DNA of 64,000 nt from Vicugna vicugna (Eukaryota). How positions within the stretch are numbered: the first letter of the stretch is position 1; every line of letters begins with the position of its first letter. This document shows positions 62,448 to 64,000 of the stretch, one piece after another. The DNA lies in NCBI GenBank assembly GCA_013265495.1, contig MU058198.1, positions 6,463,779-6,527,778 of the forward strand, written 5' to 3'. Under the pieces are notes generated by a model. The model did no database searches and had not been told where the DNA came from. It saw only the letters and a list, made by a program, of their open reading frames with translations. Made by a program: the position numbers and the translations under genes.

Positions 62448-64000
62448 AAGAAATGCCAAAAACAGTGTGATGAAGACCACAGTGTATCATAAATGTTTAC
62501 ACTTGCCTAATTAACACTTTTAACACACATGCAAGTACAAGATAGTTGTTTCGTTCACAAGATAATGACAGGTTTCATAAGGACACTGACTCAGGGATAC
62601 CCCATGGGAAGTCAGAGGAGGAGACGGGACAAGCTCTGAACGTCCCATGAATGTTCTCGGTTCTCAGTCCTGTCAGAGCAATCGTCGTGCACCACAGATT
62701 TCCTCAATTTAAAAGACCAAGAAGTGGACTGGTAAACAGAGTTTACGGCAGGAAGCAGAGAGGAGGTTTGTTTCAGCTGTGATTTAGGCCTTCTTGACTG
62801 CTCACTGTATTCTAGTCTCTCTTCTTCCTTTCAGTGATACCCCACCCCTGACCCAATTTTTTAAAATGTGTATGGCTGAGCAGTCAACAGCAGGTAGAAA
62901 TAATATCCAAAGGTTACATTTAAGTCTCTTCAGGAATGTGAGGCCTGGACCAGAATCCACCCTCCTTCCCGCCCCGCCACGCCCGAGACAGGTCTGTGAG
63001 CCGGGCCTGAGCCCAGGAGGAGGACTGGGCCTGGCCCCAAGTGCGAGGGCTACAGGCCTAACTCCAGCCCCCAAAAGCTGGTGGGGCCGCCCCTGCTGAC
63101 ACGTCTCTGACCCACAATTCTGGTGCAGGGGCCATCTCTCTTGGAGGGGGGTTGAATGGCTGAGATGTAAGTGCTCAGACCCTCCGAGATGCTTGAAGAA
63201 GCATTTGAAACTGCCTGGTGACTCTAATCTTCCCTCCCCAGGCTGGAGTCAGAAGGCAGTGGGGCCAAGAGAGGGAAAAGTGGCGTCTCAGGCTCTTGTG
63301 AACTGGGTCTGAGCCTGCACCCCACCCCCAGCCCAAGAGCCAGGCCCAGCCACCCAAACAGGAGACAGACAGAGCTTCACAGCCACTGAGAATTAAAACC
63401 TATTGATTTTCCCCATTAGCTAGAGAAAGCCATCAGAGTGCATTAAAACCAGGCAAAGCACCAGCATCATGAATAATTAACATCCACAAATGACAGCCCC
63501 ATAGGGCCCAGGGGAGGGGGAAGGGGCGCCTGGAGGCCTGGGGCACCTGACCCTTTATGACTCCCACCCCAGGGAGCCCTAACCTGGCCTGACCTCCCCT
63601 CCCCTTCCCTCCTCCATGAATCTCTACTATTCCTCCTGTCCCCTCTCATTTCCTGTCCTCTCCTCAAATAAACATCAAGTCTCCAAGACAAGCCACCTAG
63701 GAAGACAGAGCACTGAGATGAGAAGAAAGAGCGCCTGGCTCTGCTGTGTGTCACTGTGACCTCGGGGGAGTCTGCCCCTTCTGGGCTCATTCCTCTAGCT
63801 AAGCCTACAGCTCTGTGGTTCCAGAGAGGGACAGTGACTGACCCAAAGCAAGCAGCAGGTCTGTAGCAAAGCCCACACTAAAACCTGGGGCCCCTAGGTC
63901 ATTCCCCCCAGACCAGCATCTAGGGCAATTTTGTGCAAATCAGAAAAAAAGTCACCCCCTTTGGGTTGACCAATTGGAAAATGGCACCTTTCTGGATGAA

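Noticed and set aside
1..64000. CRISPR arrays, operons or other prokaryotic systems
   Set aside because: The sequence is mammalian; no regularly spaced repeats or dense gene organisation.

Overview
Mammalian genomic DNA, probably camelid, judged from nine copies of a tRNA-Ala-derived vic-1-type SINE. The window holds the 5' part of XPO6 (exportin-6) on the minus strand. A CpG-island promoter lies at ~42.4-43.6 kb. Exon 1 contributes only the ATG and is followed by a 28.2-kb first intron. Coding exons 2-6 (91, 113, 198, 160, 78 nt) splice with canonical GT-AG sites into residues 1-214 of exportin-6, and the gene continues past the left edge. The rest is intronic or intergenic and rich in SINE, L1, L2, MIR, DNA-transposon and LTR relics. 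Repeat family names and boundaries were assigned by eye and are approximate. I see no firm evidence for a new biological system. The best leads concern XPO6 regulation: a leader with uORFs and a G-quadruplex motif, a candidate 71-nt cassette exon that would replace the N-terminus, and a sense L1 3' end with AATAAA just downstream of exon 3. There is also an old local duplication near 60-63 kb and motif-dense candidate enhancers in intron 1.
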